From the NCBI GenBank assembly GCA_002376875.1, contig DFOT01000011.1, positions 71,034 through 135,033 on the forward strand: a DNA stretch of 64,000 bases, read 5' to 3'. Positions 35,559-46,100 of the stretch are shown here, piece after piece. Both the position numbers and the translations under genes were made by a program. A model generated the notes under the pieces. It was given only the letters and a program-made list of their open reading frames with translations. It did not search any database and was not told where the DNA came from. Within the stretch, counting starts at the first letter, position 1; each line of letters begins with the position of its first letter. Origin of the DNA: Opitutia bacterium UBA3534. GTDB taxonomy: Bacteria > Verrucomicrobiota > Verrucomicrobiia > Opitutales > UBA3534.

Positions 35559-36110
35559 ATGGCTATCAATCAAGACACCTTTACGGGACCGAGTTTTTCT
35601 CTCAAAAACCGACTGCTCCGAGCACTCTGGGGTATTGTTTATAACCTATTTTTCCGCTTTAGCCCCCGGCCTTGCCATGCCTGGAGGGCTTTTTTATTAA
35701 GACTTTTTGGAGCTAACCTGGGGCGAGGCTGCCACATTTACCCTAAAGCAGTCATTTGGGCCCCCTGGAACTTGAGCTGCGGAGACGAAACGGGAGTGGC
35801 TGATCATGCAATTCTTTACACTCAAGCCCCCATATATCTTGGGAAACGCTGTGTAATTTCCCAGGGAAGCCACCTATGCACAGGGACCCATGATTATACC
35901 CAACGTGGCTTCCCCTTAACCGCTGCACCGATAACCATAGGTGACGATGCTTGGGTTGCTGCAGAAGCCTTCGTGCACGGAGGCGTCACGATAGGTGCAG
36001 GCAGTGTGATCGCTGCACGTGCTGTCGTAAATAAAGACATACCCGAGTGGATGATCTGTGCAGGGCACCCTTGTAAACCCATTAAACCGAGAGTATTAAA
36101 CGATGAATAA
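35559..36110 (+). CDS. Hexapeptide-repeat O-acetyltransferase (WcaF/LacA-like)
   Basis: Track 35550..36110 starts at TTG; ATG 35559 is preferred. Left-handed beta-helix repeats ITIGDDAWVAAEAFVHGGVTIGAGSVIAARAVV. Confidence 0.7.
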   Translation: MAINQDTFTGPSFSLKNRLLRALWGIVYNLFFRFSPRPCHAWRAFLLRLFGANLGRGCHIYPKAVIWAPWNLSCGDETGVADHAILYTQAPIYLGKRCVISQGSHLCTGTHDYTQRGFPLTAAPITIGDDAWVAAEAFVHGGVTIGAGSVIAARAVVNKDIPEWMICAGHPCKPIKPRVLNDE

Positions 36111-36963
36111 GGTACCTATCACAATACTCATTCCGGTTAAAAACGAAGAGGCAAACCTTCCACGTTGTCTGGACTGTATCCGTTGGGCCGATGAAGTCTT
36201 TATTGTAGACTCTCAAAGTACTGATAAGTCTGTAGAAATTGCTGAGGCTTGGGGAGCAAAAGTCTTCGACTTTAAATTCAATGGCAGATGGCCGAAGAAA
36301 AGAAACTGGGCCCTAGAAACCCTACCCTTTAGCCATGAATGGATCTTTATACTCGATGCAGATGAAGTGCTCCCCCCTGAATCTGAGGAGGAGTTTAGAA
36401 ATATAGTCACAAACCCCAATAACCCTTATAATGGCTATTGGATTAACCGCCGCTTTATGTTTATGGATAAGTGGCTCAAGCATGCCTACTTCCCTAATTG
36501 GGTATTGCGCTGCTTTAAGCACAAACTTGGCCGTTATGAGCAACTCACTGATACAGATGCTGCAACCACAGATAATGAAGTCCACGAGCCTTTAATTGTT
36601 CAGGGAGAGCTTGCACGTATGCATTGCGTGTTAGATCACTATGCCTTCCCTACGGTCGAAGTCTTTGTGACTAAGCACAACTACTACTCTAACTGGGAGG
36701 CTGCTATAGATTGTGACCCGAAATTAGGCTTAAGCTCTACAAACATCTCACGCAATCACCAGGGGTACTTTAAAATGAAGCTTAAACAGTGGTCTAGGAA
36801 GATGCCCTTTAGGCCGCTCATGCGCTTTTTATATATTTATATTTTCCAAAAAGGCTTCCTTGATGGCCGGGAAGGCTACTATTTCGCAAGACTCCATGGG
36901 ATTTACGAATTCCTCTCGGTAGCCAAAGCTTACGAACTTAGGAAACAACAAAAGAAAAAATAA
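36103..36963 (+). CDS. Glycosyltransferase family 2-like
   Basis: 286 aa. ITILIPVKNEEANLPRCL, VDSQSTDKS, LDADE (DxD). 8-nt overlap with the acetyltransferase. Confidence 0.75.
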   Translation: MNKVPITILIPVKNEEANLPRCLDCIRWADEVFIVDSQSTDKSVEIAEAWGAKVFDFKFNGRWPKKRNWALETLPFSHEWIFILDADEVLPPESEEEFRNIVTNPNNPYNGYWINRRFMFMDKWLKHAYFPNWVLRCFKHKLGRYEQLTDTDAATTDNEVHEPLIVQGELARMHCVLDHYAFPTVEVFVTKHNYYSNWEAAIDCDPKLGLSSTNISRNHQGYFKMKLKQWSRKMPFRPLMRFLYIYIFQKGFLDGREGYYFARLHGIYEFLSVAKAYELRKQQKKK

Positions 36964-36978
36964 ACACCCCTAAGCTTC

Positions 36979-38175
36979 ATGAAACTGACACACAACCCTT
37001 TCGAAAAGCATCCCATCACGATACTGATGATCGATGATGATGCTGTTTTTGGAAAGACTTTAAAAAATACAATAAAAGAAGAAAAAGATTTTAACCTCTT
37101 TTATTTTGAGGATCCTATTGAAGCATTAGAAAAAGCCAAAGACATCAAACCTACTGTTTTCCTTGTAGATTTACACATGCCCGTCATGGATGGCCTAGCT
37201 GTAGTAAAATCGATACGCAAAGACCCTGATACCTGCCAAATCCCTATCGTGATGCTATCTTCGGATAGTAACCCAGAAACCAAATCTAAGCTTTTTAAAT
37301 TTGGAGCCAATGGATATATCGAAAAAAACTCTGCAAAGATTGAGATCCTTGCCCAGCTACGTTATCACTCTGAAGCCTACATTCACCTATTAGAACGTGA
37401 TGAAGCCTATCAAGCTCTTTTAAAAAGCCAGAAAAGACTCAAAGACGACATTAAAGAAGCCGAATACTACATCCGTTCTTTGCTTCCTAAAGCACTAGAT
37501 ACGACCGAAGTTAAGGCAGACTGGGAGTTTTTAACTTCTCATAGCCTAGGGGGAGACTCTTTAGGGTACCACTGGATCGATCTTGACCACTTCGCCATGT
37601 ACTTAATTGATGTATCTGGGCACGGAGTGGGCTCTGCATTGCTTTCGGTTTCGGTACTTAGTACCTTACGCTCACAAACACTGTCCGGCGTCGACTTCAC
37701 TGACCCTTCTCAGGTGCTCAAAAAGCTTAATGAGACATTCCGAATTGATCAACACAATGACTTGTACTTTACGATCTGGTATGGGGTTTACTCGAAAACA
37801 GAAAGCAATTTGGTTTATTCTAGTGGAGGACACCCCCCTGCTATCCTAATACGCGAAGAAGACCAACAAAATACGGCAACGCTTTTATCCACCTCTAATG
37901 CTATTATTGGTGTTATTGAAGAAATGGATTTCACGAGTGAGACAGTCCCTATTAAACCCAATGATAAACTTTATATTTTTAGTGACGGGGCTTATGAAAT
38001 TGACCATGCCGATGGTTCCGGCATGATACAACCCGAAGACTTTTACGAAGTTTTAAAACAACCCCTCCCCCCTAATACGTCTAAGCTTAAAACTACCCTT
38101 GAGTGGTGTCAAAAAACACAAGGAAAAATGAGCTTTGATGATGATTTTTCTCTTATAGAGATCCTCTTCCACTAA
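36979..38175 (+). CDS. Response-regulator receiver fused to a PP2C/SpoIIE phosphatase (RsbU-like)
   Basis: 398 aa. Receiver ILMIDDD...VFLVDLHMPVMDG...IVMLS. PP2C region GGDSLGYHWID, YLIDVSGHGVGSALLS, IFSDGAYE. Starts 15 nt after the GT2 stop. Confidence 0.8.
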   Translation: MKLTHNPFEKHPITILMIDDDAVFGKTLKNTIKEEKDFNLFYFEDPIEALEKAKDIKPTVFLVDLHMPVMDGLAVVKSIRKDPDTCQIPIVMLSSDSNPETKSKLFKFGANGYIEKNSAKIEILAQLRYHSEAYIHLLERDEAYQALLKSQKRLKDDIKEAEYYIRSLLPKALDTTEVKADWEFLTSHSLGGDSLGYHWIDLDHFAMYLIDVSGHGVGSALLSVSVLSTLRSQTLSGVDFTDPSQVLKKLNETFRIDQHNDLYFTIWYGVYSKTESNLVYSSGGHPPAILIREEDQQNTATLLSTSNAIIGVIEEMDFTSETVPIKPNDKLYIFSDGAYEIDHADGSGMIQPEDFYEVLKQPLPPNTSKLKTTLEWCQKTQGKMSFDDDFSLIEILFH

Positions 38176-38180
38176 ATTGC

Positions 38181-38606
38181 ATGAAAAAGGTCTACGAAAA
38201 TAAAAGGTCTGAGCTTGAAGCACTCTGCCAAGATATTTCTGCCTTTGGTAGCGAGTTTTTTATTACAGAAGAAGATCTCTTTGCCCTACACCTTGTTGTT
38301 GAAGAAATCTTTATTAATATAGTAGATTATGGGTTTGACGACAATCAGCCCCATTCTATCGAAATCGACTTAAAATTTAATGAAGGGGATATTGTCCTTA
38401 TTACTATAAAGGATAAAGGAAAGCCCTTTAACCCCCTAACGGACACACAAGCCCCTAATTTAAGTGCACCTTTGGCCACTCGGCAAGCAGGAGGCCTTGG
38501 GGTTCATTTCATGAAGCAGATGATGGATCATGTTGATTATCAACGTATAGATACCGAAAACACCCTGACACTGACCAAGAAAGTCACTCTAAGAAAGAAG
38601 CCATAA
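38181..38606 (+). CDS. Anti-sigma-factor-type Ser kinase (RsbW/SpoIIAB-like HATPase)
   Basis: 141 aa. LVVEEIFINIVDYGF (N-box), IKDKGKPFNP, GGLGVHFMKQMMD (G-boxes). Starts 5 nt after the phosphatase gene. Confidence 0.7.
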   Translation: MKKVYENKRSELEALCQDISAFGSEFFITEEDLFALHLVVEEIFINIVDYGFDDNQPHSIEIDLKFNEGDIVLITIKDKGKPFNPLTDTQAPNLSAPLATRQAGGLGVHFMKQMMDHVDYQRIDTENTLTLTKKVTLRKKP

Positions 38607-38679
38607 CTCCTTCTTAATAAAAGAAATAAGGAAAAAATAAACTTATCTATAAATATATCGCTATATGTAGATGTATTTA

Positions 38680-38708
38680 TTGACAAAACAGCAATCATTG
38701 ATTATCAT
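38680..38708 (+). promoter_or_regulatory. Sigma-70-like promoter upstream of the Sel1-repeat gene
   Basis: TTGACA (38680-38685), 17 nt, TATCAT (38703-38708). About 70 nt upstream of GTG 38782. Confidence 0.4.
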
Positions 38709-38781
38709 TTATAAATAGAATAAATAATCTGTGCACCCTAGGGGCATAGCTTATTTGAGGGATAATCAATAAAATTCTGCT

Positions 38782-39780
38782 GTGGATAAGAAAACATCTT
38801 GGAGTATTGCCCAACTATTTAAAGGGTGTTTATTTGGAGGGGGAGATCCTGAAGGCTCTAATGGCATTCAGGACCAAGACACCTCAACAAGGGTAGCGGT
38901 TCTTGCAAAAGCATCCTACCCTCCTGAAGTTGCTGCTTATTATGAAGATGCTGTGGAAAAAAACTGCCCGAATGCACAATATAATCTAGGGGAGATCTAC
39001 CAGGAAGGAATCCGATCCCGCCCTCCTGACATGAATGAGGCTATCAAGTGGTATACAAAAGCAGCACGCCAAGGACACCCTCAGGCAAATATGAATCTAG
39101 CACTGCTCTATGAAAAAGGGATGGGAGTAGACCAAAGCTTCATTACTGCAGCGCGCATCTATCTACGCTGCTATACTAAGCTAGATCAAAAAAATAAGGC
39201 TTTGGCCCGCAACAGTCTCAAGGCTATTCTAAGCTCTATTCAAGACTCTCCTTTTTACCCGGAGATTCATTACAACTACCAAAAGACCACACAAGTTGAC
39301 TTTATCGATAAGATAATAGAACAGAAGATATTCCCTAAGGACCTTATCGTCGAAGACTTCCTTGAAGGGCTTCTTAATGATGCAGATTTAGGCTTAGACA
39401 AAAAAGAAGCACTGATTGATGTATTGCTCGAGCAGTATGACTTAAATAGCCTTATGGATATTAAGGGGGCTCAGATTCAAGAACGGGGCAGCGCGCTGCT
39501 CATAGAAATCGCCAAAAGTCTTATGGAAGTAGATCCTGAAAAAGCCGAGACTTACCTGAATCACGTCACTAAGAACTCTAAATACTATTTACCCTCAGTA
39601 CACCTACTCGGTAATATTGCACATAGGCAGGCACTTCAAAAAACCCAAAGCTTAGCCAAAGCGCATGAGGCCTCAACGCCTTTCCGCTCGGAAATTCTCA
39701 GGCAGGGAAATCTCTTGGCTCAGTCCAGGCGCCTGACCAAACACGAGCAAGAGGCCTTTAATTGGGGAGAAGCCCACTAG
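38782..39780 (+). CDS. Sel1-repeat (TPR-like) protein
   Basis: 332 aa with a GTG start. Two clear Sel1 units AQYNLGEIYQEGIRSRPPDMNEAIKWYTKAARQGHPQANMNLALLYEKGMGVDQSFITAARIY. The rest is helical and unassigned. Confidence 0.65.
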   Translation: MDKKTSWSIAQLFKGCLFGGGDPEGSNGIQDQDTSTRVAVLAKASYPPEVAAYYEDAVEKNCPNAQYNLGEIYQEGIRSRPPDMNEAIKWYTKAARQGHPQANMNLALLYEKGMGVDQSFITAARIYLRCYTKLDQKNKALARNSLKAILSSIQDSPFYPEIHYNYQKTTQVDFIDKIIEQKIFPKDLIVEDFLEGLLNDADLGLDKKEALIDVLLEQYDLNSLMDIKGAQIQERGSALLIEIAKSLMEVDPEKAETYLNHVTKNSKYYLPSVHLLGNIAHRQALQKTQSLAKAHEASTPFRSEILRQGNLLAQSRRLTKHEQEAFNWGEAH

Positions 39781-39819
39781 GACTTGATTAATACACGATT
39801 ATCTGTTTGAATAGGTGAA

Positions 39820-40827
39820 GTGCTAAGCTACCTCACCACATCACTCCCCACACTCCCTGGCAGTGCCCTTTTCCTAATTTTTATTGTAGGTCTAGGATTT
39901 TTATTTATGGGAGGAGACTGGCTCTGTAAAGGCGCCTCTAGTTTAGCCCTAAGGCTCAAGGTAAGTCCTATCATCATTGGGCTTACGATCGTCTCTGCAG
40001 CAACTTCTTTACCCGAGATGATTACTTCTCTTGCAGGAGCCCTTCAAGGCAGTTCAGGAATAGCCTTAGGGAATGTCATTGGAAGCAACCTTGCAAACAG
40101 TGGATTAATATTAGGGATAGCAGCCCTAGTCTACCCGATTACTATCCACAGCCGCATTATCCGCAAAGAGGTTCCATTTCTTATTTTAGTTACAGGGCTT
40201 TTTTCTATTTTCTGCTACACAGGGGTGATTCAGCGTTGGATGGGTCTTATCCTTATTGGCCTCCTTGCTGTTTATATTTTATTTTTAATCAGGCAGTCCA
40301 CTAAGGTAGATAAGCTTATTGAGCGAGAATACACCCAAGGAATCCCTCAAGAAACTTACTCTATCCTGGGTAGCCTACTGTTTATTGCAGGCGGCAGCCT
40401 CTTCCTGGCTTTCGGGGCAGAGCTTGCGGTAGATACTGCTATAGAACTGGCCTACCGCCTTAATGTTAGTGATACTCTCATAGGGCTCACCCTTATTGCA
40501 ATTGGGACAAGCCTCCCCGAACTTGCTGCGTGTGTGATTGCGGCTAAGCGAGGCCAAAGCGACCTGTGTGCTGGGAATATTATGGGTTCGAACCTCTTTA
40601 ATCTCCTGTTCATTGGAGGCGGTGTCTCTGCCATTATTCCGCTAGGCGTAGACCCAAGCTTGTTAGGCATAGAAATCCCTGCTCTAGTAATCACAACACT
40701 GCTGCTGTCGCTCATTTGCCTCACAGACCTTACTGTCACTCGTCTAGAGGGTGCTCTCTTAGTTCTTCTTTACATGTGTGTTATACTCCTGTCAGGGATG
40801 TCTCAAACAGGAATCTTTATCATCTAA
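39820..40827 (+). CDS. Ca2+/Na+ antiporter, CaCA (YrbG-like) family
   Basis: 335 aa polytopic protein. Alpha-repeat motifs [17 protein letters not shown] and [18 protein letters not shown]. Confidence 0.8.
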   Translation: MLSYLTTSLPTLPGSALFLIFIVGLGFLFMGGDWLCKGASSLALRLKVSPIIIGLTIVSAATSLPEMITSLAGALQGSSGIALGNVIGSNLANSGLILGIAALVYPITIHSRIIRKEVPFLILVTGLFSIFCYTGVIQRWMGLILIGLLAVYILFLIRQSTKVDKLIEREYTQGIPQETYSILGSLLFIAGGSLFLAFGAELAVDTAIELAYRLNVSDTLIGLTLIAIGTSLPELAACVIAAKRGQSDLCAGNIMGSNLFNLLFIGGGVSAIIPLGVDPSLLGIEIPALVITTLLLSLICLTDLTVTRLEGALLVLLYMCVILLSGMSQTGIFII

Positions 40828-40828
40828 C

Positions 40829-42400
40829 ATGACTACACCCACACTTCTTATTATACGTGACGGCTGGGGCGCTAATCATAACCCAGAGCATGACGCATTC
40901 AATGCAGTCAAACTGGCTAATACACCGTGCTCGGATCAGCTTAGTCAGCACTGGCCTCGTACGGAAATCTTAGCCTGTGGCCTAGATGTAGGCCTTCCTG
41001 AGTCTATCATGGGTAATAGCGAAGTGGGCCACCAGAATATTGGAGCCGGGCGTATTGTTGACCAAGAGATTGTCCGCATCAACAAAGGCTTGTCAGGTAA
41101 AGATCTTTTAGAAAATGCTGAATTTAAAAAAGTGATTCAACGCACCCACTCTGGCGGGAAGCTCCATCTCTTAGGCCTTGTGTCTGATGCGGGGGTCCAT
41201 GCTATGATTGCGCACCTATTCCGCCTACTTGACCTTGCCAAAGAATCTGGGCTTAAAGAAGTCTACATTCATGTATTTAGCGATGGGCGAGATACCCCAC
41301 CCACGAGTGGCTTGGGCTTTGTACGTCAACTCGAAGCTTACTGTAAAGAAATTGGCTTAGGTAAAATCGCAACCGTTAGTGGACGCTTTTGGGCAATGGA
41401 CCGCGATAAACGTTGGAACCGCGTCCAGAAAGCATACGACTGCCTTACTGGGCATAAAACAGAACACACTGCCACAAGCGCCCAGGAAGCCATCCAACAT
41501 TACTATGACAACCCTTCTGAACCCTCATGCTGCGGAGATGAATTCATCCCACCGACGCAAATCCTTGACCAATCAGGAAACCCGGTTGCTAGAATTGAAG
41601 ACGGTGACAGTGTGATCTTTTTTAACTTCCGTGGGGACCGCCCACGAGAGCTCACACGTGCATTTATAGAAGAAGACTTTAGTGAGTTTGATCGCGGCCA
41701 GAAGAAGGACTTGCTCTACGTGACCATGACAGAATACCAGAAAGGACTGTGTGAGCATATTCTTTTCCGTAAACCTGCAAAAATGAAAGATATCCTTGGG
41801 GAATATATTTCAGAAAAAGGCATTGCACAGTTCCGCTGCGCCGAAACAGAGAAATACCCACACGTTACTTTCTTCTTTAATGATTACCGTGATGAGCCCT
41901 TCCCCCTTGAAGAGCGTGCACTCATCCCAAGCCCAAAGGACGTAACTACTTATGATCAAAAGCCTGAGATGTCTTCAGTAGGTGTCACAGAGGCAACGGA
42001 AGAAGCGATCCGTTCAGGCAAGTATGGGCTGATTGTTGTCAACTATGCTAACCCAGATATGGTGGGGCATACGGGCTCTTTAGAGGCTGCAAAAAAAGCC
42101 TGTGAAGCGACTGATGCAGGGATTACGCGCTTACTTAAGGCCATAGACGAGATGAGCGGCAATGCACTCATTACTGCAGACCATGGTAACTCTGACCAAA
42201 TGTGGGAACCCGAAACGAGCGCACCTCACACAAGGCATACGCTTAATCCGGTAGAGGTGGTTATTTACGGAAAAGACTGCGAAGGCTTAACACTTAAAGA
42301 AGGAGGACGGCTAGCAGACCTAGCACCTACGCTATTAAAGCTCATGGGCCTAGAGCAGCCTAAGGCAATGACAGGCGAATGCCTAATTCAGGTCAAATAA
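40829..42400 (+). CDS. gpmI: 2,3-bisphosphoglycerate-independent phosphoglycerate mutase
   Basis: Track 40778..42400. ATG 40829 ([14 protein letters not shown]) starts 1 nt after the antiporter stop. [29 protein letters not shown]. Confidence 0.9.
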   Translation: MTTPTLLIIRDGWGANHNPEHDAFNAVKLANTPCSDQLSQHWPRTEILACGLDVGLPESIMGNSEVGHQNIGAGRIVDQEIVRINKGLSGKDLLENAEFKKVIQRTHSGGKLHLLGLVSDAGVHAMIAHLFRLLDLAKESGLKEVYIHVFSDGRDTPPTSGLGFVRQLEAYCKEIGLGKIATVSGRFWAMDRDKRWNRVQKAYDCLTGHKTEHTATSAQEAIQHYYDNPSEPSCCGDEFIPPTQILDQSGNPVARIEDGDSVIFFNFRGDRPRELTRAFIEEDFSEFDRGQKKDLLYVTMTEYQKGLCEHILFRKPAKMKDILGEYISEKGIAQFRCAETEKYPHVTFFFNDYRDEPFPLEERALIPSPKDVTTYDQKPEMSSVGVTEATEEAIRSGKYGLIVVNYANPDMVGHTGSLEAAKKACEATDAGITRLLKAIDEMSGNALITADHGNSDQMWEPETSAPHTRHTLNPVEVVIYGKDCEGLTLKEGGRLADLAPTLLKLMGLEQPKAMTGECLIQVK

Positions 42401-42413
42401 CCCGATTCCGAAC

Positions 42414-42579
42414 AAGGGTTGCTTCGCAAAATTTCGGAGTTCAGGAAAAAGAAGGGTTTGGATGGGTAAGTCTTGAAGACAGATGAAGGAATACCCGTAG
42501 GGTCTTTCAAGTCTGGCTTCCTGGCTTACACGCCAAAAGCGCTTTTTAATGAACCCCTAAATTTTGCGAAGTAACCCTT
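42414..42579. other. 166-nt rod-like inverted-repeat element (candidate structured sRNA or MITE-like element)
   Basis: AAGGGTTGCTTCGCAAAATTT (42414-42434) pairs with AAATTTTGCGAAGTAACCCTT (42559-42579) at 20/21 positions. Pairing continues inward: GGAGTTCA/TGAACCCC, AAAAAG/CTTTTT, TTTGG/CCAAA, GTAAG/CTTAC. Confidence 0.5.
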
Positions 42580-42588
42580 AATAAAGAG

Positions 42589-42661
42589 TGCCCCCACCCA
42601 GACTCGAACTGGGATTAACGGTTTAGGAAACCGCGGTTCTATCCTATTGAACTATGGGGAC
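42589..42661 (-). tRNA. tRNA-Arg (anticodon CCU)
   Basis: Minus strand reads GTCCCCA TA GTTC AATAGGATA GAAC C GCGGT TTCCTAA ACCGT TAAT CCCAG TTCGAGT CTGGG TGGGGGC A. Full cloverleaf. CCA is not encoded. Confidence 0.9.
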
Positions 42662-42684
42662 TTCAATGAAGGCCCGAAGAGCTT

Positions 42685-43014
42685 CTAGAGATGTGCCTCT
42701 AGTTTTTCCTTGAGGTCCATCTTGTTGCTGAGGCCAACCATTTCTTCAACGACCACACCGTCTTTAAAGACAAGCATGGTAGGGATAGAGCGTACATTGT
42801 ACTGTGCAGCAAGTTCGCTGTTGTCATCGACGTTGACCTTAGCGATTTGGACTTTGTCGTTCATTTCATCGGCAAGCTCGTCAAGAATTGGAGCGATAGC
42901 CTTACAAGGCCCACACCAGGCAGCCCAGAAATCTACCAACAAAGGAACAGATACCTCTTTAAGGTGTGCATCAAAATTTTCAGAATTAAGTTCAAAGACG
43001 TTATCAGAAGCCAT
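42685..43014 (-). CDS. trxA: Thioredoxin
   Basis: 109 aa. VDFWAAWCGPCK active site. Confidence 0.95.
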   Translation of the reverse strand: MASDNVFELNSENFDAHLKEVSVPLLVDFWAAWCGPCKAIAPILDELADEMNDKVQIAKVNVDDNSELAAQYNVRSIPTMLVFKDGVVVEEMVGLSNKMDLKEKLEAHL

Positions 43015-43172
43015 AGCGCAAATAAGTTTAAATTGAAATTGATATTTTATTTCTTAAATATCTTTACTGATTCCATCTAATCGGCTCAACAATTTGCTGT
43101 CAAGAACCCTATTTGCTCGCATTCCCCAGAGTGGATACTTTATACAACTAAGTCTGAAGATACACGAATTTT

Positions 43173-46100
43173 ATGGACGGACAACAACAACCCAGCTTAC
43201 ACAGGACACAGCCTTTTTATGAGCTCCCTAATAGCTGCAATAATAGCATTAACAACCTACCCCCAATTCCTCACCTAAATCTCGAGAAAGTTAAAAGCCA
43301 GGGGAACACAACACCGCTTGCGCCTAAGACAGCCAGGCGTGGCTCCCAAAACTACGGGGAGCCGCCCATTTCAGTACGTGAGATCCAACAAAGAACAACA
43401 AACAGCAAACCCTATTATCCTGCAGTCTTCCGTAGCCTAGCTGCGAGTACTTCAAATGTTAATGGATTGCTTGTATTTTCAGCCCAACCAAAGCCTGGCT
43501 CTAGACTCAAACTCCCTCCTAGGGTTTTACGCCGGGTGAAGCACTCCCATGTACTTCGCCGCCGTACGGGCTCTTGCGAAGGCTTTGGAGGAACCCCCTC
43601 TCCTAAAGGAGGCTCAGTGAGTATTTCTCAATCAAGCCCAAATAAAGAGCATCAAAAAACAAAAAAGCTAATCGAATGCTTAGAAGCGTTTAAAAACACT
43701 CCTCCTTCTCGAAAAGCATTCAACCTCATCCCCCAACAAGTAGAAGAACTCTCTAGCCATATCCATGCGGATAGTCAGCTTCTAGAAAACCATGGGTTAT
43801 TCATCATAGACTTATTCTGTGCTCTATTTGAAAGCCGCTGCCAAGCAAACATGGATCATACCCTGAGGCACTGTTTTTTCCTAGCTAGGAAAGCTTTTGC
43901 CCTGTTTGAGGCCTACCACAAATCCTACGTAAGAGATAACTCTATTCATATTTTTGATACCTTCCTTAAGGTTTCCAAGAGACTTGCTAGGTGCACCCAA
44001 AAACTCTCGGCAATGGAGCGAAAAACGCTTTTCAGCGAAATGCCTGAAGAAGAGACTTGGGACATAGAAAAAGCAAAAGAGCACCTCCTCCTGCTTGAAC
44101 GCACACCTCACCAGCAAGCGACCTGCTGGCCTCAATGGCTTGTGGATTACCGAGATAATAAAGATAAAGAGCCATCCTCCATCGAGCCTCCCCAACAACA
44201 TCGCCAGAAAGGCTCTTTACTAAGAAGTAACTCTAGCGAACTTGCTGAGCTATTTATGCACACGCAAGCGGTGTCCTCTCCTGAATCTGTGGAGATAATC
44301 GTCCGAGAAAGCCCCAGGTCTCCTGCGATACGTAAAAGAAGCTCTCGAATTAAAAGCCCAGAAAACTCCAGAAGAAAGAGAGCCAAGCCTATCACCCTTC
44401 AGATGATCCATTCACGATCAAAAAAGAAGGCCTCTGAAGAGAAAATCGACATCAGTGTATTTACCCCCCTTAAAGAAGACGCAGATGACTTTTTTAGCCG
44501 TGAGCAGCTTGCAAAACGGTTTGAGTATTATGCCTTCGAAAAAAGAGTTCATAATCTCTATAAGCAAATCGCAGATACCCTCTACAGAAATATAGAGGGT
44601 GCACTCTTAGGAAAGATTAACCAAGAGGGAAAAAACGACCTGCTCAGTGCTCTCAGAGTTGCTGCAGACTTGCGCAGAGATGTTATCGACTTAAATAACC
44701 CTAAAGCCGTCAAAGCCTCTTCACAGTTCTGGCTATATGTCCTAGAAAAGCTCATTTTAGATTCAATTAAAGACCTGCAAGACACTCGAGCTGAGCTCAA
44801 TAGGAACGACCTTAGCTTTAGGCCGCTGGATGAGAACTTCTCTCCAAGAACAAAAGAGCTGAAGAAAAAAGATCCCCTTTTTATAAAAGCTTCACAAGCG
44901 CATGAAAGAGAAGCAAACCCGTTTAAGCGTGCCTTATATTATCGCAAAAAACAACTAGCTGATAAAAAATGTGCGGCAAGAAAGACAGCAAGAGTCATAA
45001 GAGAAGCTACGATTAAACTAGCCCAAGCTCAAAAAACTGTAAAAGCTGCTGAGCAGGAAAAAATTAAAAGTAAAAGATCCCGAAAACTCTCCTTACGCTC
45101 TGCAAAGAGAAGATTCTCAGCAATCCAAATGCTAGAAAGACGATGCCAGTGGGAACTTGAAGGACCTAAAAATCTTAAAACTTCTCCGAAAAGCAAAAAA
45201 CAGCCAAAAAAATCATCCCCACGTAAAATAGAACAGGTAATAGTAAACACCCTAAACCTAGAAAAAAGAATTCTAGGCTTCCTTGAGAACCCAAAGCTAA
45301 CAGTTAACCTTCAGGTCATACAATTATTAGGGGATATCCTGAGGGCAGACCAAGACAATCCAGAGGTAAAAGCTAAAGCCCTAGATCTCCTAAAAAAGGA
45401 AATCCCAAAACTAGAAAAAACACTTTTAGAGGCAAAACAAGAAGAATTAAAAGCCTGCTACCAAGACGAAATAAAAGAACTTGAGTCCTCTATCAGCCGT
45501 AACCAAACACGCGCTTCAACCCTACATAATCTGCTAAACCGCATTAAAACTGGGGATATTCCTAGCACAGATCTCAATCACTTTACAGAAAGCCTCAACA
45601 CACAAACCCGAGAAATCTTAAGAGAATTTAAAGACCTTTTAGTAGAGATCCCAAAAGATCAAGCAGGGGAATCAACCACTGTAATGCTTATCCACGCCCT
45701 AGAGCGCACAAAACGAAGGCTCATTAACCTCAAACAATGTGACACACTTAGCACACAAAATCATGTGTTATGTACAGAAACTTTAAGAGCTATAGAACGC
45801 GTAGCCATACAATTAAATTTAGTTAGCCCTGAAAAACCACAACCCAATAGTGAAAAGCTAAAAAGACTCAAATCAGTAAAATCTCTTGGTCAATCAAGGA
45901 AGCGCTCACAATCACTCATTCAACAAGCCAGAGAAAAAGCCAAATACCCAGATACACCAAGGCAAATCCAAGAGAGCAGCCATGTTTCTTCTAGCGAAAA
46001 AACGAAAGAAACCACTGAAAAGCTTACGACCCTTTATTACTCCCTAAAAAGCACTTATAACTACTTTCATTTACTCGAGAGTATTCCTCTTTACCCCCAT

